Of a stretch of 64,000 bases of DNA, positions 37,339-47,182 are shown piece after piece. Origin of the DNA: an uncultured Candidatus Binatia bacterium (lineage in GTDB: Bacteria > Desulfobacterota > Binatia > Bin18); the NCBI GenBank assembly GCA_965214605.1, contig OZ243961.1, positions 2,831,008 to 2,895,007 on the forward strand, written 5' to 3'. Both the position numbers and the translations under genes were made by a program. The stretch's first letter is position 1, and the number at the start of each line of letters is the position of its first letter. The notes under the pieces are model-generated. The model was not told where the DNA came from. It ran no database searches and worked only from the letters and a program-made list of their open reading frames with translations.

Positions 37339-40300
37339 ATGAAACCGGTTGCTGAGCATGTCAAGTTCCCTGAGGTCGAACTGGAGATCCTCCGGTTCTG
37401 GGACGACAACAAGATTTTTGAAAACACACTGAAAAAAACTCGGGATCAGCAGCCGTTTATTTTTTATGACGGCCCGCCGTTTGCCACCGGCCTGCCGCAC
37501 TATGGCCATCTGCTGGCCGGGACGATCAAAGACATCATTCCCCGTTTCTGGACCATGCGGGGCCGCTATGTGGATCGGCGTTTTGGCTGGGACTGTCATG
37601 GCCTGCCAGTCGAAATGGAAATCGAGCAAGCCCTGAATTTGCACGGCAAAAGCGCGATTGAACGCTTTGGAGTGACGAATTTTAACGCCGAGTGTCGAAA
37701 AATTGTCCTACGCTATACCGAAGAGTGGGAAAAGACCGTACGCCGGACCGGTCGCTGGGTCGATTTTCGCAATGATTACCGGACCATGGACCTGTCGTTC
37801 ATGGAAACGGTGTGGTGGGCGCTCAAACAGATGTGGGACAAGGAGTTGGTCTATGAGGGCTATAAGGTCCTGCCGTTCTCAACTCGACTGGGAACAGTCC
37901 TGTCAAACTTTGAGGCCAATCTCAATTACAGAGACGTCCAAGACCCGACGGTCACTGTCCGTTTTGCGGCCGACGGGGAAGAACAGACCTCGTTTATCGC
38001 CTGGACAACCACGCCGTGGACCCTGCCGAGCAATCTAGCCCTAGCGGTTGGCCCGGACATTGATTACGTCAAGGTTCGAGACCATGAGGACGGCGCCCAC
38101 TACATTATGGCCGAGGCGCGGCTCAAAACCTATTTTCCTAAGTCCGGGACCTGCACAATTGTCCAACGCTACAAGGGACGAAACTTGGTCGGCCGGGGCT
38201 ATCGGCCGCTGTTTCCGTATTTTGCCGAACGGAAACAGCAGCATGCCTTCCGTCTTATTGCCGCCGACTATGTCACTACCGAAGACGGAACCGGTATCGT
38301 GCATATTGCCCCGGCTTTTGGTGAGGATGACTTTCTTGCCTGTCAGCAGGCCGGCATTGATCTGGTCAATCCGGTTGACGATGAGGGGAAATTCACCGCA
38401 CAGGTCTCCGACTTCGCCGGCCTGCATGTGAAAGAGGCCGACGCCAAGATCATCGCTCATCTCAAACGGGACAAAAAACTTGTCCATCAGGGCACGATCT
38501 CTCACAGCTACCCCTACTGCTGGCGGAGTGACACCCCGCTCATTTATCGTGCGGTAAATACCTGGTTTGTCCGGGTTGAAGCCTTCCGAGATCGACTGGT
38601 GGCCAATAATCAGCTGACGACCTGGGTCCCTGAGCATCTGCGTGACGGCCGCTTTGGGAAGTGGCTGGAAAATGCCCGTGACTGGGCAATTAGTCGGAAC
38701 CGCTACTGGGGCACCCCGCTGCCGATTTGGAAGAGTGAGGATGGGAGCGAAATCGCGTGCATCGGCGGCGTTGAAGAGCTGGCCCAAAGAACCGGGGTGC
38801 GGGTCACCGATCTCCACCGCGAGTATGTCGATGACCTGAGCTTTCCGGCCACGACCGGGCGCGGTCTTATGCGCCGTGTGCCCCAGGTGTTTGACTGCTG
38901 GTTCGAGAGCGGCTCCATGCCCTACGCCCAGATGCACTACCCGTTTGACAATGCCGAGAATTTTTCGCGCACCTTTCCAGCCGATTTTATTGCCGAGGGA
39001 CTCGATCAAACTCGGGGCTGGTTCTATACCCTGATGGTAGTGGCCTCAGCTCTGTTTGATAAACCGGCTTTTCACAATGTTGTTGTTAACGGCCTTGTCT
39101 TGGCTGAAGACGGCAAAAAAATGAGCAAACGGCTCAAAAATTATCCCGAACCCGACGAGATCATGGCCCAATACGGTGCGGACGCCATGCGGCTGTACTT
39201 GATCAACTCGCCCTTGGTTCGGGCTGAGGAGTTACGGTTTAGCGAGCAAGGCGTGCGCGATACCGTGCGCCGGCTGCTGTTGCCGTGGTGGAACGCGTAT
39301 AAATTTTTTGTCACTTACGCGCTAGTCGACGACTGGAAGCCCGAGTCAGCCCTGGCTGATGCATCCCCGAATATTCTAGATCGCTGGATTGTGTCTCGGC
39401 AACAAACCCTGATTCGTCGTGTCAACACCGAGATGGAAGCCTACCGGTTGTATACCGTGGTGCCAGCCCTGCTCGACTTTCTGAACGAGCTGACCAACTG
39501 GTACGTGCGTCTCAACCGCAGACGCTTCTGGGCGGACGATGGGACGGATAAGCACTTCGCCTATCATGCTCTGCACCAAGTCTTAGTGACCTTCTCGAAG
39601 CTGATGGCCCCGTTTACACCGTTCTTGGCCGATGCGGTCTACCGCAATTTAAGTACCCTCCAGCAGGAGCGGGTCGCGGACAGCGTCCATCTTGACGACT
39701 TTCCCAGCTATGATCCGCGTGTGGTTGACGCCGGTCTTGAGGATGCGGTGGCCCGTATGCAGCGCGTTATTCTCCTGGGACGCAGCCTGCGCAATGAGCG
39801 CAAGGTCAAGGTCCGTATGCCCCTTCAAACGCTCACCATCCTCCATCGCCAAGAGTCTGTGCTGAACGACTTAAAACCGCTTGAGAGCTATATCCGCGAA
39901 GAGTTGAACGTGAAGACCGTCGCCTACAGCACGGCCGAGGACGAAAAAGTGGAGCTGAGCGTCAAACCCAACCCACAGCTGCTTGGCCCCCGTTTCGGCA
40001 GGGCCTTTGGTCAGATCCGAAAGCAGCTAGCGGCGCTCAACCGTGAGCAGATGTTGACCCTGGAAGCGGGGCAGCCCTTGCAGTTGAACGGCCATGCCTT
40101 TCAGCCGGATGAGGTGCAGATCCTGCGTCAGGCCAAGGATGGCCTACCCGATGTGCACTCAGACCGGTTCATCTCTATTGAGTTTCCGTGCGAATTAAAC
40201 GATGAGCTGATCAGCGAAGGCTTGGCCCGGGAAGTGGTGCACCTGATTCAACAGATGCGTAAAGATGCCGGCTACCAAGTCGAGGACCGGATTGCCGTCA

Positions 40301-40473
40301 CCTATCAGGCCGCTCCGCAGCTAGCGACCGCTATTGATCGCCATCTGACCTATATCCAGCACGAAACCCTGGCCCGCTCGCTCGCCCAGACGCAACCGAC
40401 TGGCGACTGGGTTGAGAGCGCGACTATTGAAGGAGCCGCTATCACGCTTGGGGTACAGCGTAGGGCGACCTAA
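37339..40473 (+). CDS. ileS: Isoleucyl-tRNA synthetase, type 2 (eukaryote-like)
   Basis: HIGH motif (PFATGLPHYGHLLAG) and KMSKS motif (KMSKRLKNYP). Length 1044 aa, and the C-terminal organisation is typical of type-2 IleRS, which lacks the Zn-finger tail of type 1. Confidence 0.95.
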   Translation: MKPVAEHVKFPEVELEILRFWDDNKIFENTLKKTRDQQPFIFYDGPPFATGLPHYGHLLAGTIKDIIPRFWTMRGRYVDRRFGWDCHGLPVEMEIEQALNLHGKSAIERFGVTNFNAECRKIVLRYTEEWEKTVRRTGRWVDFRNDYRTMDLSFMETVWWALKQMWDKELVYEGYKVLPFSTRLGTVLSNFEANLNYRDVQDPTVTVRFAADGEEQTSFIAWTTTPWTLPSNLALAVGPDIDYVKVRDHEDGAHYIMAEARLKTYFPKSGTCTIVQRYKGRNLVGRGYRPLFPYFAERKQQHAFRLIAADYVTTEDGTGIVHIAPAFGEDDFLACQQAGIDLVNPVDDEGKFTAQVSDFAGLHVKEADAKIIAHLKRDKKLVHQGTISHSYPYCWRSDTPLIYRAVNTWFVRVEAFRDRLVANNQLTTWVPEHLRDGRFGKWLENARDWAISRNRYWGTPLPIWKSEDGSEIACIGGVEELAQRTGVRVTDLHREYVDDLSFPATTGRGLMRRVPQVFDCWFESGSMPYAQMHYPFDNAENFSRTFPADFIAEGLDQTRGWFYTLMVVASALFDKPAFHNVVVNGLVLAEDGKKMSKRLKNYPEPDEIMAQYGADAMRLYLINSPLVRAEELRFSEQGVRDTVRRLLLPWWNAYKFFVTYALVDDWKPESALADASPNILDRWIVSRQQTLIRRVNTEMEAYRLYTVVPALLDFLNELTNWYVRLNRRRFWADDGTDKHFAYHALHQVLVTFSKLMAPFTPFLADAVYRNLSTLQQERVADSVHLDDFPSYDPRVVDAGLEDAVARMQRVILLGRSLRNERKVKVRMPLQTLTILHRQESVLNDLKPLESYIREELNVKTVAYSTAEDEKVELSVKPNPQLLGPRFGRAFGQIRKQLAALNREQMLTLEAGQPLQLNGHAFQPDEVQILRQAKDGLPDVHSDRFISIEFPCELNDELISEGLAREVVHLIQQMRKDAGYQVEDRIAVTYQAAPQLATAIDRHLTYIQHETLARSLAQTQPTGDWVESATIEGAAITLGVQRRAT

Positions 40474-40514
40474 ATCGCCCCGGCTGTGATACTCGTGCGG
40501 TTTGTAAGCTCGGT

Positions 40515-41066
40515 ATGAAGGGCACAAGGCGGGCGATACTTCAAAAGATATCGTTGTTCTCTTCTGGTCTGGAGATCAGGTATCAAGGATATCTTTTTGT
40601 CGTGGGGACGATCGTGGTCCTTGATCAGATCACCAAGTATCTGATTGACTCCTCCATGACGCTCTATCAATCGCAAGAAATTATCAGCGGCGTTTTGGCC
40701 CTGACTTATGTGCGCAATACCGGGGCCGCCTTTGGTTTGCTGGCCCATGCTCCGGCCTGGTTTCGTCAGCCCTTTTTCTACCTGGTCACCGGGGTTGCGA
40801 TTGTCATTATGGGACTCTTTCTGCGGCGGCTGGGTGAGCAGGAACGGCTCGCCCGGCTGTCCATTATCGTGATCTTAGGGGGGGCGCTCGGTAATCTGAT
40901 CGACCGTATTCGGTTTGGCTATGTGATCGATTTTCTCGATGTCTCATGGCAGGGCTACCACTGGCCGGCCTTTAATGTCGCTGACTCGTGTATCACGCTG
41001 GGTGTACTCGGAATGCTGTGGGCATCGGTGCGCGGCCCGGTCCCCCCCGCGCAACCTCCGGGCTAG
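40515..41066 (+). CDS. lspA: Lipoprotein signal peptidase II
   Basis: 183 aa with four TM segments and conserved LspA motifs (NTGAAFG, FNVAD). The ileS-lspA linkage is widely conserved. Confidence 0.9.
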   Translation: MKGTRRAILQKISLFSSGLEIRYQGYLFVVGTIVVLDQITKYLIDSSMTLYQSQEIISGVLALTYVRNTGAAFGLLAHAPAWFRQPFFYLVTGVAIVIMGLFLRRLGEQERLARLSIIVILGGALGNLIDRIRFGYVIDFLDVSWQGYHWPAFNVADSCITLGVLGMLWASVRGPVPPAQPPG

Positions 41067-41136
41067 TTGCGGTTTTATATTGACGTGTTTCAGATGGCCC
41101 AGTAACATATACCAGATATGGATGAGGAGGTGTGCT

Positions 41137-41550
41137 ATGCCGAGACAAGGAGCCATCCGTATGGGAAAAGGTATCGGTGAGGGTCGGTTTTTCCGCAGGA
41201 AGAGGGCAACGATATCTTTTATGGCGGTGGTGGCCTGCGTGGTAGTGAGCGGCTGTTCGCAGCCCTTGAGTACGCGTGAGAAAAGCACGATAGGTGGCGG
41301 CCTGCTCGGCGGCGCGGCCGGCTCGATTATTGGAGCGGCCGTGGGCAGCCCGGCTGCCGGCGCGGCCATTGGAACCGCCCTTGGAGCCGGCACCGGAGCC
41401 CTATACGGCGACAAGACGCAGAGTCAAGAAACGCTACAGGTCCAGCAACAGGAACAGATCCAGCGAAATGAACTGGAACTCCAACGCCAACGTCAGGAGC
41501 TGGAACGGCTCAGGCAGCAGCAACAGCGGCGCTATGACGATGACTACTGA
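41137..41550 (+). CDS. Glycine-zipper (Gly-zipper_2TM/YMGG-like) lipoprotein with C-terminal Q-rich coiled coil
   Basis: Strong GAGGAGG Shine-Dalgarno before the ATG at 41137. Lipobox VVSGC, a GxxxG-rich segment (GGGLLGGAAGSIIGAAVGSPAAGAAIGTALGAGTGALYG), then QQQEQIQRNELELQRQRQELERLRQQQQRRYDDDY. The track ORF starts earlier and overlaps lspA. Confidence 0.75.
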   Translation: MPRQGAIRMGKGIGEGRFFRRKRATISFMAVVACVVVSGCSQPLSTREKSTIGGGLLGGAAGSIIGAAVGSPAAGAAIGTALGAGTGALYGDKTQSQETLQVQQQEQIQRNELELQRQRQELERLRQQQQRRYDDDY

Positions 41551-41580
41551 TCGGGCGGTCTGGTGGGTGTAAGGAGAAAG

Positions 41581-42348
41581 ATGAGGATATGGACGGGACC
41601 TAACGCCACTCTGGGTGAGCGAGTGAAAAATTGGACCGGTGGGCACCGCGGGTGGAGTGTGGCTCTTGTTGCCGTGGCGCTGTTTGTCGGTTGCTCACAG
41701 CCCCTCACCACACGCCAGAAGAGTACCGGAGTTGGAGCGTTGCTCGGCGGCGCGACCGGCGCCCTGATTGGCACTGCGGTCGGCAAACCAGCCGCCGGAG
41801 CAGCGATTGGAACCGCTCTTGGGGCCGGAACCGGTGCTGTGGTCGGGGACCGGATGCAGCAGCGTGACATTGAGATTGCCCAGCAAGATCAACAGATTCG
41901 ACGTCAGAGCCAGCAGCTGGCCCGCAATCGGCAACTCTTGGAAGAACTCAAACGGCAGGGGCTTGAGGCTGAAGAGACCTCGCGCGGGGTCGTGGTCAAC
42001 TTACCGGATGTGTTGTTCCAGTTTGGCCAAGCCCGTTTAACGACCCAAGCCCGCGACCGGGTGACGGATATTTCGACGATCCTGAAAACTCAGGCGCAAG
42101 GTCGGCGTGTGTCGGTTGAGGGACACACCGATTCGGTCGGGAGCGATCAGTTCAATCAGCGTTTATCCGAGCAGCGGGCCAATAGTGTGGTGAATGAATT
42201 GGAACTCAACGGAGTCGCCCGCAGCCGGGTGAACTCCAAGGGCTATGGAGAACGCTATCCGGTTGCCCCTAACACCAATCCGGACGGCAGCGATAATCCA
42301 CGCGGGCGGACGAAAAATAGACGGGTTGAGGTTGTGATTGAAAATTAG
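41581..42348 (+). CDS. OmpA-family lipoprotein with N-terminal glycine-zipper domain (paralogue of the preceding gene)
   Basis: AAGGAG Shine-Dalgarno before the ATG at 41581 and lipobox VGC. The glycine-zipper region is about 75% identical at DNA level to the upstream gene. The C-terminal OmpA_C domain has the peptidoglycan-binding pattern GHTDSVGSDQFNQRLSEQRANSV...NRRVEV. Confidence 0.8.
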   Translation: MRIWTGPNATLGERVKNWTGGHRGWSVALVAVALFVGCSQPLTTRQKSTGVGALLGGATGALIGTAVGKPAAGAAIGTALGAGTGAVVGDRMQQRDIEIAQQDQQIRRQSQQLARNRQLLEELKRQGLEAEETSRGVVVNLPDVLFQFGQARLTTQARDRVTDISTILKTQAQGRRVSVEGHTDSVGSDQFNQRLSEQRANSVVNELELNGVARSRVNSKGYGERYPVAPNTNPDGSDNPRGRTKNRRVEVVIEN

Positions 42349-42460
42349 AACAAGGCTGGTATGGTGGCGCCGGAACTGATCGCCATTCTTACAGGGGGTG
42401 ATCCCGACCGACAACCTGGGCGCATGGAACACAAGCCTGCCCGCAGGTCGACTAGCTGAG

Positions 42461-43909
42461 TTACTTCTCCTCTTCAAGCGTGCCAGCCGTTTCTTCAGCC
42501 GGTGTGTCCCAAAAGTCGGCCGGTTTTTTATTCAAGCGCTCAAAGACGTAGTCCCGGAGTCTAAAAACGGTCTGCCCATCTTCGGCCATGGCAAAGATCT
42601 GGGCGGTGTCATCGCGCGCGGTCTGGCCGATAAGCAAACCGGCCAGCCTGTCCTCCGCCTCGTTATAGGCCCGAATCGTAAGTAGCGGCTCGTCCAGACC
42701 ATAGCTCCCGACCTCTTCGGGATGATCGGCGACAATCTCAAATCCCTTCAGCTCATGCGCATCTGTTACAAACTGGGCCACCGCGCTCTGTTTGAGCGTG
42801 CCAGCCTGGACCGTGTCGATCTGCCATTGCGCTTCCTGGTCTTCGGCTGGGGCTTTGGTCAGCAGAAATCCCTCTCCATCCTGGCGTTTGACCTCAACCC
42901 GCGCGACCGTATCCTTGGCAAATCGTACCACCGTCTTGTCCCGAAAATCGTGAGCGGTTTTATTGAGATCCCCGAAGGTCCAGCCGCCGACCAGATACAC
43001 GACTTCGGCGTCTTCGCGTTTCACATGGCGTTGCTTGGTGCCTTGGGCGGTGGATTTTTCACTGCCGACCAGCAGGCGCAGAGCGGACGCCCCGCCTTGC
43101 CCGTTTTCTGCCAGTGTTAAGCCAACAGACAGTTGGGGCGGGGCCAGACCCAACTCTTTGAGCTCCGAGGGGGGCTGTTCAATAAAATCTTGGGCGCGCA
43201 TACCGCTCAGAGACGACAGAAAGGTACGTACACTGGCCTCATCCACCTGTTGAACTAGGGTAGGCTGGTCGAGCGTCCAGCCGTCGTCGGTTTTGCGTAA
43301 CACGACCGGCGCCTCGGCCGTTGCCGGGCGGTGCACCTCAATCTGGCTGACCCACTCCTTCTGAAAGGCCAGCACAGTCTTGTCACGGAGGTCTTTAGTC
43401 TCTTTGGTCATGCCCACACGGAAGGCTTGGGGAGTGAGCAGCACTGTCTCTTCTCCCTCCCGCTGCACGTAGACTGAATGGCCGACCGGGGTATCTTTGC
43501 CAATGCGAATGAGTGGGAGTTGGCTGCCGTCTTTGAGCGTCAGGTGAACCGTGACTGCCGGTTCGTCGAGACCGTACAGGGCCAGGTCTGCCTGGAGGTC
43601 GTCAAGCGTCCGAGAGACCTCTGCTTGGTCCACCGCTTTGATCAGATTATCGACCGTGCCTGTATCGGCCCGGACCTCAATCGGAGCGGTGATCTTCCAT
43701 CCGTCGTCGTCTTTTGCCAGATGCAGCTCGCGATCGGCATAGACGAGGGCGACCTGAGTCACGGCCTCCGGATCAAACTGGAGCAGTGTCTTGGCGTTCT
43801 TTTCAGCCTGCTGTCTGTCCAGATCGATAAAGTAAATATATCCGCCAAGTCCGAGGAGGACGGCGAGCATCAGCAGAGTTCTGCGGAAAGTCATCGCCTG
43901 CTCCACCAC
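42461..43909 (-). CDS. DUF4340-domain protein (GldG-associated)
   Basis: 482 aa with an N-terminal TM anchor followed by repeated beta-rich modules. It sits immediately downstream of the GldG-like gene, which is the usual position for DUF4340. Confidence 0.55.
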   Translation of the reverse strand: MVEQAMTFRRTLLMLAVLLGLGGYIYFIDLDRQQAEKNAKTLLQFDPEAVTQVALVYADRELHLAKDDDGWKITAPIEVRADTGTVDNLIKAVDQAEVSRTLDDLQADLALYGLDEPAVTVHLTLKDGSQLPLIRIGKDTPVGHSVYVQREGEETVLLTPQAFRVGMTKETKDLRDKTVLAFQKEWVSQIEVHRPATAEAPVVLRKTDDGWTLDQPTLVQQVDEASVRTFLSSLSGMRAQDFIEQPPSELKELGLAPPQLSVGLTLAENGQGGASALRLLVGSEKSTAQGTKQRHVKREDAEVVYLVGGWTFGDLNKTAHDFRDKTVVRFAKDTVARVEVKRQDGEGFLLTKAPAEDQEAQWQIDTVQAGTLKQSAVAQFVTDAHELKGFEIVADHPEEVGSYGLDEPLLTIRAYNEAEDRLAGLLIGQTARDDTAQIFAMAEDGQTVFRLRDYVFERLNKKPADFWDTPAEETAGTLEEEK

Positions 43910-45441
43910 ATCGCCAGGCCTGCAATTAGAAGAATCTCAGGGAGAATCAGGACCGACAAATAAAAAATAGTCGTTCCTTGTTCTTGGGTGAACTGGACCC
44001 GCGAGGCCCGCAGTGTTCGGGGGCGGATCGAGATCAGCTCCTCCTCGCCACCCAACCAACTGATGGTGTTCAGAAGAAAATCGCGGTTGAAATATTGGTT
44101 GATATACTGATTGTTGGCAAAAATCGCATTCCCAAAAACGGCCAGCCGACTGTTGCCCTCCTGCTCGCCTCCCATCTCTTTGAGATTGGCGGTGACTGCG
44201 ACGGCGAGCGAGATAGGGCCACGCCGGTCCTGTTCGCCAATTGTGGCCGTCTGGTTTTGAAAGATCCCCTCAAGGTCGGTCTCCGCCCACGAGTTTGGAC
44301 CAGTTTGAGCGAGACTGACCAGCGACAGCCCGGCGTTCTCGTTCAGGCTCGGCTCGACAGACCGGGAAACGCCATACGAGGTCAGCGCCGCACCTCCGCG
44401 CCGACCCAGCGCGGCAGTAATAGGATGCGAACCATAGCTGGTGACGACCGGCGTGAGGGTAAACGTCCGTCCGCGTAAGAGCTGAATCTGCTCATCCACA
44501 ATGACATCGTTGCCGACCTGGACCCCCCAGTTTGTCAAATAGGTTGACAGCTCTGGGGTGACGCGGGGACTGAGGAGAAACAGGGCGTGGCCCTCCTGTT
44601 TGAGGTAGTGATCAATCGCTTGGGTCTCATGGGGTAACAGCGAGCGCTGGGCACCGGCAATAATGAGCACGTTGGTATCGTCCGGCACGGCGGTATCTGG
44701 AGACAGGACCAGCTTCCTGACCGTATACCCTTCATTCTCAAGGGCGACTTTGAACTGGCTATACCCCTGGCCTTGCTGGTTATCATCAATGCTGGGCTCG
44801 CCATGGCCCTCGACAAAGTAGATCGTTTTGGCCTCGGCCTGGGCGACTTTAATCATCCCGTTGGTGAGGTTTTCTTCAGAGATACTCGTTACGACGTGTG
44901 ACCGCTCACCGTACTGCAAGTGGATGGACGGAAGCGACATAATCTGGAAGCGCTCAACGAGGTCTGGACGCGTATCCGGATCCACAATGGTGGACGACAG
45001 TCGGTCTGAGGCATAGCCATAGCTGGCCAGCAGGTCTTCTAGCTGGGGATCGGTTCCAGCTGCGACAAAGGCATGAATTTCCAGTTCTTGGTCAAGATTT
45101 TTCACCACCTGCTGGGACTGGGAAGACAGGCTATAGACCCTGGCCTCGGTCAAATCGAAGCGATGATAGTAACGCGTCCCGAGGTAATTCAGCGCGATCA
45201 GTACACCAAAGGCGATCAGTGAATAGAGGGCCGCGTTGGCGCCGTATTTTGTTGATCGTTCGCCCAGAAAAGTCCACAGCCCGTCTTTGGCCGAGGCAAA
45301 GTAGACGATCAGGGCCAGGGCGCCAAGCAGAGCGTGGATAAAGACATAGGTCGCGACAATGCGGGTCAGATAATACGCAATGCCCGCAAAGACGAGTAGG
45401 GTGAGCCCAGCCACCCCGTAGAAGCCATCGAGACGCGGCAT
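43891..45441 (-). CDS. GldG-like ABC-transporter auxiliary component (ABC-type uncharacterized transport system)
   Basis: 516 aa with N- and C-terminal TM helices flanking a large periplasmic domain. Follows the ABC ATPase and ABC-2 permease, as in gldA-gldF-gldG clusters. Confidence 0.65.
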   Translation of the reverse strand: MPRLDGFYGVAGLTLLVFAGIAYYLTRIVATYVFIHALLGALALIVYFASAKDGLWTFLGERSTKYGANAALYSLIAFGVLIALNYLGTRYYHRFDLTEARVYSLSSQSQQVVKNLDQELEIHAFVAAGTDPQLEDLLASYGYASDRLSSTIVDPDTRPDLVERFQIMSLPSIHLQYGERSHVVTSISEENLTNGMIKVAQAEAKTIYFVEGHGEPSIDDNQQGQGYSQFKVALENEGYTVRKLVLSPDTAVPDDTNVLIIAGAQRSLLPHETQAIDHYLKQEGHALFLLSPRVTPELSTYLTNWGVQVGNDVIVDEQIQLLRGRTFTLTPVVTSYGSHPITAALGRRGGAALTSYGVSRSVEPSLNENAGLSLVSLAQTGPNSWAETDLEGIFQNQTATIGEQDRRGPISLAVAVTANLKEMGGEQEGNSRLAVFGNAIFANNQYINQYFNRDFLLNTISWLGGEEELISIRPRTLRASRVQFTQEQGTTIFYLSVLILPEILLIAGLAMWWSRR

Positions 45442-45446
45442 GCTAT

Positions 45447-46217
45447 TTACCTCCAGCGCAGAGATTCAACCGAACGCATGGTCAGGAACAGCGCAAGTCC
45501 GATCAGGCTGGCGAAATAGACAAGCGCGCGGGTATCAATAACGCCCTTGATAAATTCGGCAAAGTGATCGGTGATGGACAGATATTTAAGAATCGGGCCA
45601 AGAACCTCTCCCGCGCCCTGGGCTGGCCAGCCAATGATGTACAGCAACAGCATCGCGACGAGGCCGCTGACCGCGGCAATAATTTGGTTTTCGGTCACCG
45701 AGGACGTGAACAGTCCGAGGGCCACGAAAGATATGGCCATTAACAGCAGTCCGAGATAGCCCGACAGCATCACCCTCACCTCTGGATTGCCAAAGACGAT
45801 CAACAGGATCGGATAGATGGCCGTCAGGCCGATCATGATGCAGATGAACACCAAGGAGGCAAAAAATTTCCCCAGCACAATTTCCGTCGTCCGTAACGGG
45901 GAGGTCAGCAGCAGCTCATACGTGCCGCCTTTTTTTTCCTCGGCAAAGGCCCGCATCGTGATCATAGGGACCAGAATGACCAGGACGATCGACAGGTTGT
46001 TCATCAGCGGCGCAATCACAAAATCGTTTAAATTGAGTTGATCGGCCGCTCCCGCCTGAAACTGAGTATACATCGACAGCAGGAGATTAAAGCGTGATAA
46101 CAGATTGAAAAAAAACCAGCCGCCCAGCAGCAGAAATCCGGTCAACACCACATAGGCCACCGGAGAGACAAAATAGGAGCGCATCTCCTTTCCGATAATC
46201 GTCCATATATTTCTCAT
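45447..46217 (-). CDS. ABC-2 family transporter permease (GldF-like)
   Basis: 256 aa with six predicted TM helices. Position between the ATPase and the GldG-like gene. Confidence 0.7.
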   Translation of the reverse strand: MRNIWTIIGKEMRSYFVSPVAYVVLTGFLLLGGWFFFNLLSRFNLLLSMYTQFQAGAADQLNLNDFVIAPLMNNLSIVLVILVPMITMRAFAEEKKGGTYELLLTSPLRTTEIVLGKFFASLVFICIMIGLTAIYPILLIVFGNPEVRVMLSGYLGLLLMAISFVALGLFTSSVTENQIIAAVSGLVAMLLLYIIGWPAQGAGEVLGPILKYLSITDHFAEFIKGVIDTRALVYFASLIGLALFLTMRSVESLRWR

Positions 46218-46262
46218 GCCTCACCTCCCTCTTCAAAAGATATTGTTGATGGCCGATCTCAA

Positions 46263-47045
46263 TCAGGACGATATCGGCGTTATCTTTTCGTCCGTCTCTG
46301 GCAGTATATCGGATTGGGCTGGTGTCGAGGGTTGGGCGTCTTCCTGGGAGATGGCCCGTAAAAAGACGTCTTCAAGCGATTGCTCCTCGGTCAGATGGGC
46401 TAGGGTGTCCTCGAGCACGACCTGGCCGGAGCTGATGATCACCACTTTTTCGCACACCTGGGCGACTTCGGGCAGAATGTGGGTCGACAGCACGACGGTA
46501 TGCGAGCCGGCGAATTCTTTAATCAGGGAGCGGATCTCGATGATTTGCTGTGGGTCGAGTCCCACAGTCGGCTCGTCTAAGATGAGGACGGCAGGATTGT
46601 GAATGATCGCCTGCGCGAGTCCAACCCGCTGCCGAAAACCTTTAGACAGGTGTCCGGTCAGCCGATTGACGACCTCAGTCAGCCCGCAGCGAGTCACGGC
46701 GGTGTCTAGGGCGTCGCCAATCTCGGCCTTTCTCAGCCCCTTGATTCGGGCCACAAAGCGGAGATAGGAGGCAACAGTCATATCGTTGTACAACGGCGGG
46801 CTCTCCGGCAGGTACCCGATACGCTTTCGCGCCTCAAATGAGTCGGTGAAAATATCAAACCCGTCGACTTTGACCGTTCCGCTCGTTGCCGGCATAAAAC
46901 CGGTAATGATGCGCATGGTCGTGGTTTTGCCTGAGCCGTTGGGACCGAGGAAGCCAAGGATCTGGCCCGATTCGACCTGAAAAGAAATATTCGAGACCGC
47001 GGTCAGATCACCGTAGCGTTTCGTCAGATGCTGAACTTCTATCAT
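46263..47045 (-). CDS. ABC transporter ATP-binding protein (GldA-like)
   Basis: Walker A GPNGSGKTT, ABC signature LSKGFRQRV, Walker B ILDEPTVGLD and an H-loop. Confidence 0.9.
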   Translation of the reverse strand: MIEVQHLTKRYGDLTAVSNISFQVESGQILGFLGPNGSGKTTTMRIITGFMPATSGTVKVDGFDIFTDSFEARKRIGYLPESPPLYNDMTVASYLRFVARIKGLRKAEIGDALDTAVTRCGLTEVVNRLTGHLSKGFRQRVGLAQAIIHNPAVLILDEPTVGLDPQQIIEIRSLIKEFAGSHTVVLSTHILPEVAQVCEKVVIISSGQVVLEDTLAHLTEEQSLEDVFLRAISQEDAQPSTPAQSDILPETDEKITPISS

Positions 47046-47182
47046 GGCGTAGAATACATTGACTGAGGGACGGAGTGTATGTGAGAGACGTGTTATCTAC
47101 GGAAACACGCAGCAGGTCTATTGTCCTCTCTCTGTGTTGATCTGCGACTGCTGGCAAAAAGTAGTAATGCACTGGCAACTTG

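Noticed and set aside
40939-41136. 5' part of track ORF 40939..41550 overlapping lspA
   Set aside because: Overlaps the lspA 3' end out of frame. The lipoprotein gene has a strong GAGGAGG Shine-Dalgarno at the internal ATG at 41137.
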